Positions 63,701-64,000 of a DNA stretch of 64,000 nt are shown one piece after another. Where the stretch lies: assembly GCF_963853765.1 (NCBI RefSeq), contig NC_088854.1, forward strand, positions 18,414,001 to 18,478,000, read 5' to 3'. The notes beneath the pieces were generated by a model. That model was not told the origin of the DNA, made no database searches, and worked only from the letters and a program-made list of their open reading frames with translations. Position numbers and translations under genes: made by a program. The stretch's first letter is position 1, and the number at the start of each line of letters is the position of its first letter. This DNA comes from Magallana gigas (taxonomy: Eukaryota).

Positions 63701-64000
63701 TGTACACAGAGATTTTAATCCATGGACCTCGGGAATATTTACATTTAAACTTGTGACGGTTTTCCTAAATCTCTCGAAATGAAAATGAAATAACGAAAAA
63801 AAAATCGTTGACGTATCAATACAGAGTTTAGTAAAAGACATTCGTGTCTGATTGTAATCAATAAAATAATTAGAATCTTACACTTCATTTTGAAATTTCA
63901 TTAGAAATTGTTTTTAGTGTGTATTGTTTAGGACGTGAACTGCCATATTTGTTCATCTTAAGCAAATACTTATATTTCTACCTTTATTCACGTTTTGATT

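Overview
AT-rich animal genomic DNA with spliceosomal introns and two assembly N-gaps. The repeat families and genes look bivalve (oyster-like), which is an inference. Genes rebuilt by hand from GT-AG sites with consistent exon phases: (1) an ankyrin-repeat/SOCS-box gene (+, 296-4259); (2) a single-coding-exon CCDC190-like gene with a His-rich RRxS repeat array (-, 7257-8711); (3) a two-exon orphan of ~164 aa (-, 19328-21281); (4) a 12-exon SOHLH2-like germline bHLH gene of ~564 aa (-, 23260-29187) whose N-terminal part reads like a CheY/response-regulator pseudo-receiver domain; (5) a 5'-incomplete single-pass membrane protein gene (-, 29664-33805); (6) an intronless orphan of ~216 aa ending in a CaaX box (-, 45929-46579); (7) the first three coding exons (both LIM domains) of Lhx2/9-apterous (+, 49345-56057), with no homeodomain exon recognised in the window. 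Mobile and repeat content: a tandem TRIM with tRNA-like LTRs, a decayed 5'-truncated CR1-type LINE, a Helentron/DINE-like element, several MITEs and fold-back elements, two minisatellites and microsatellites. No prokaryotic-type systems (CRISPR, operons) are present. Comparisons to named proteins and families are from memory and need database confirmation.
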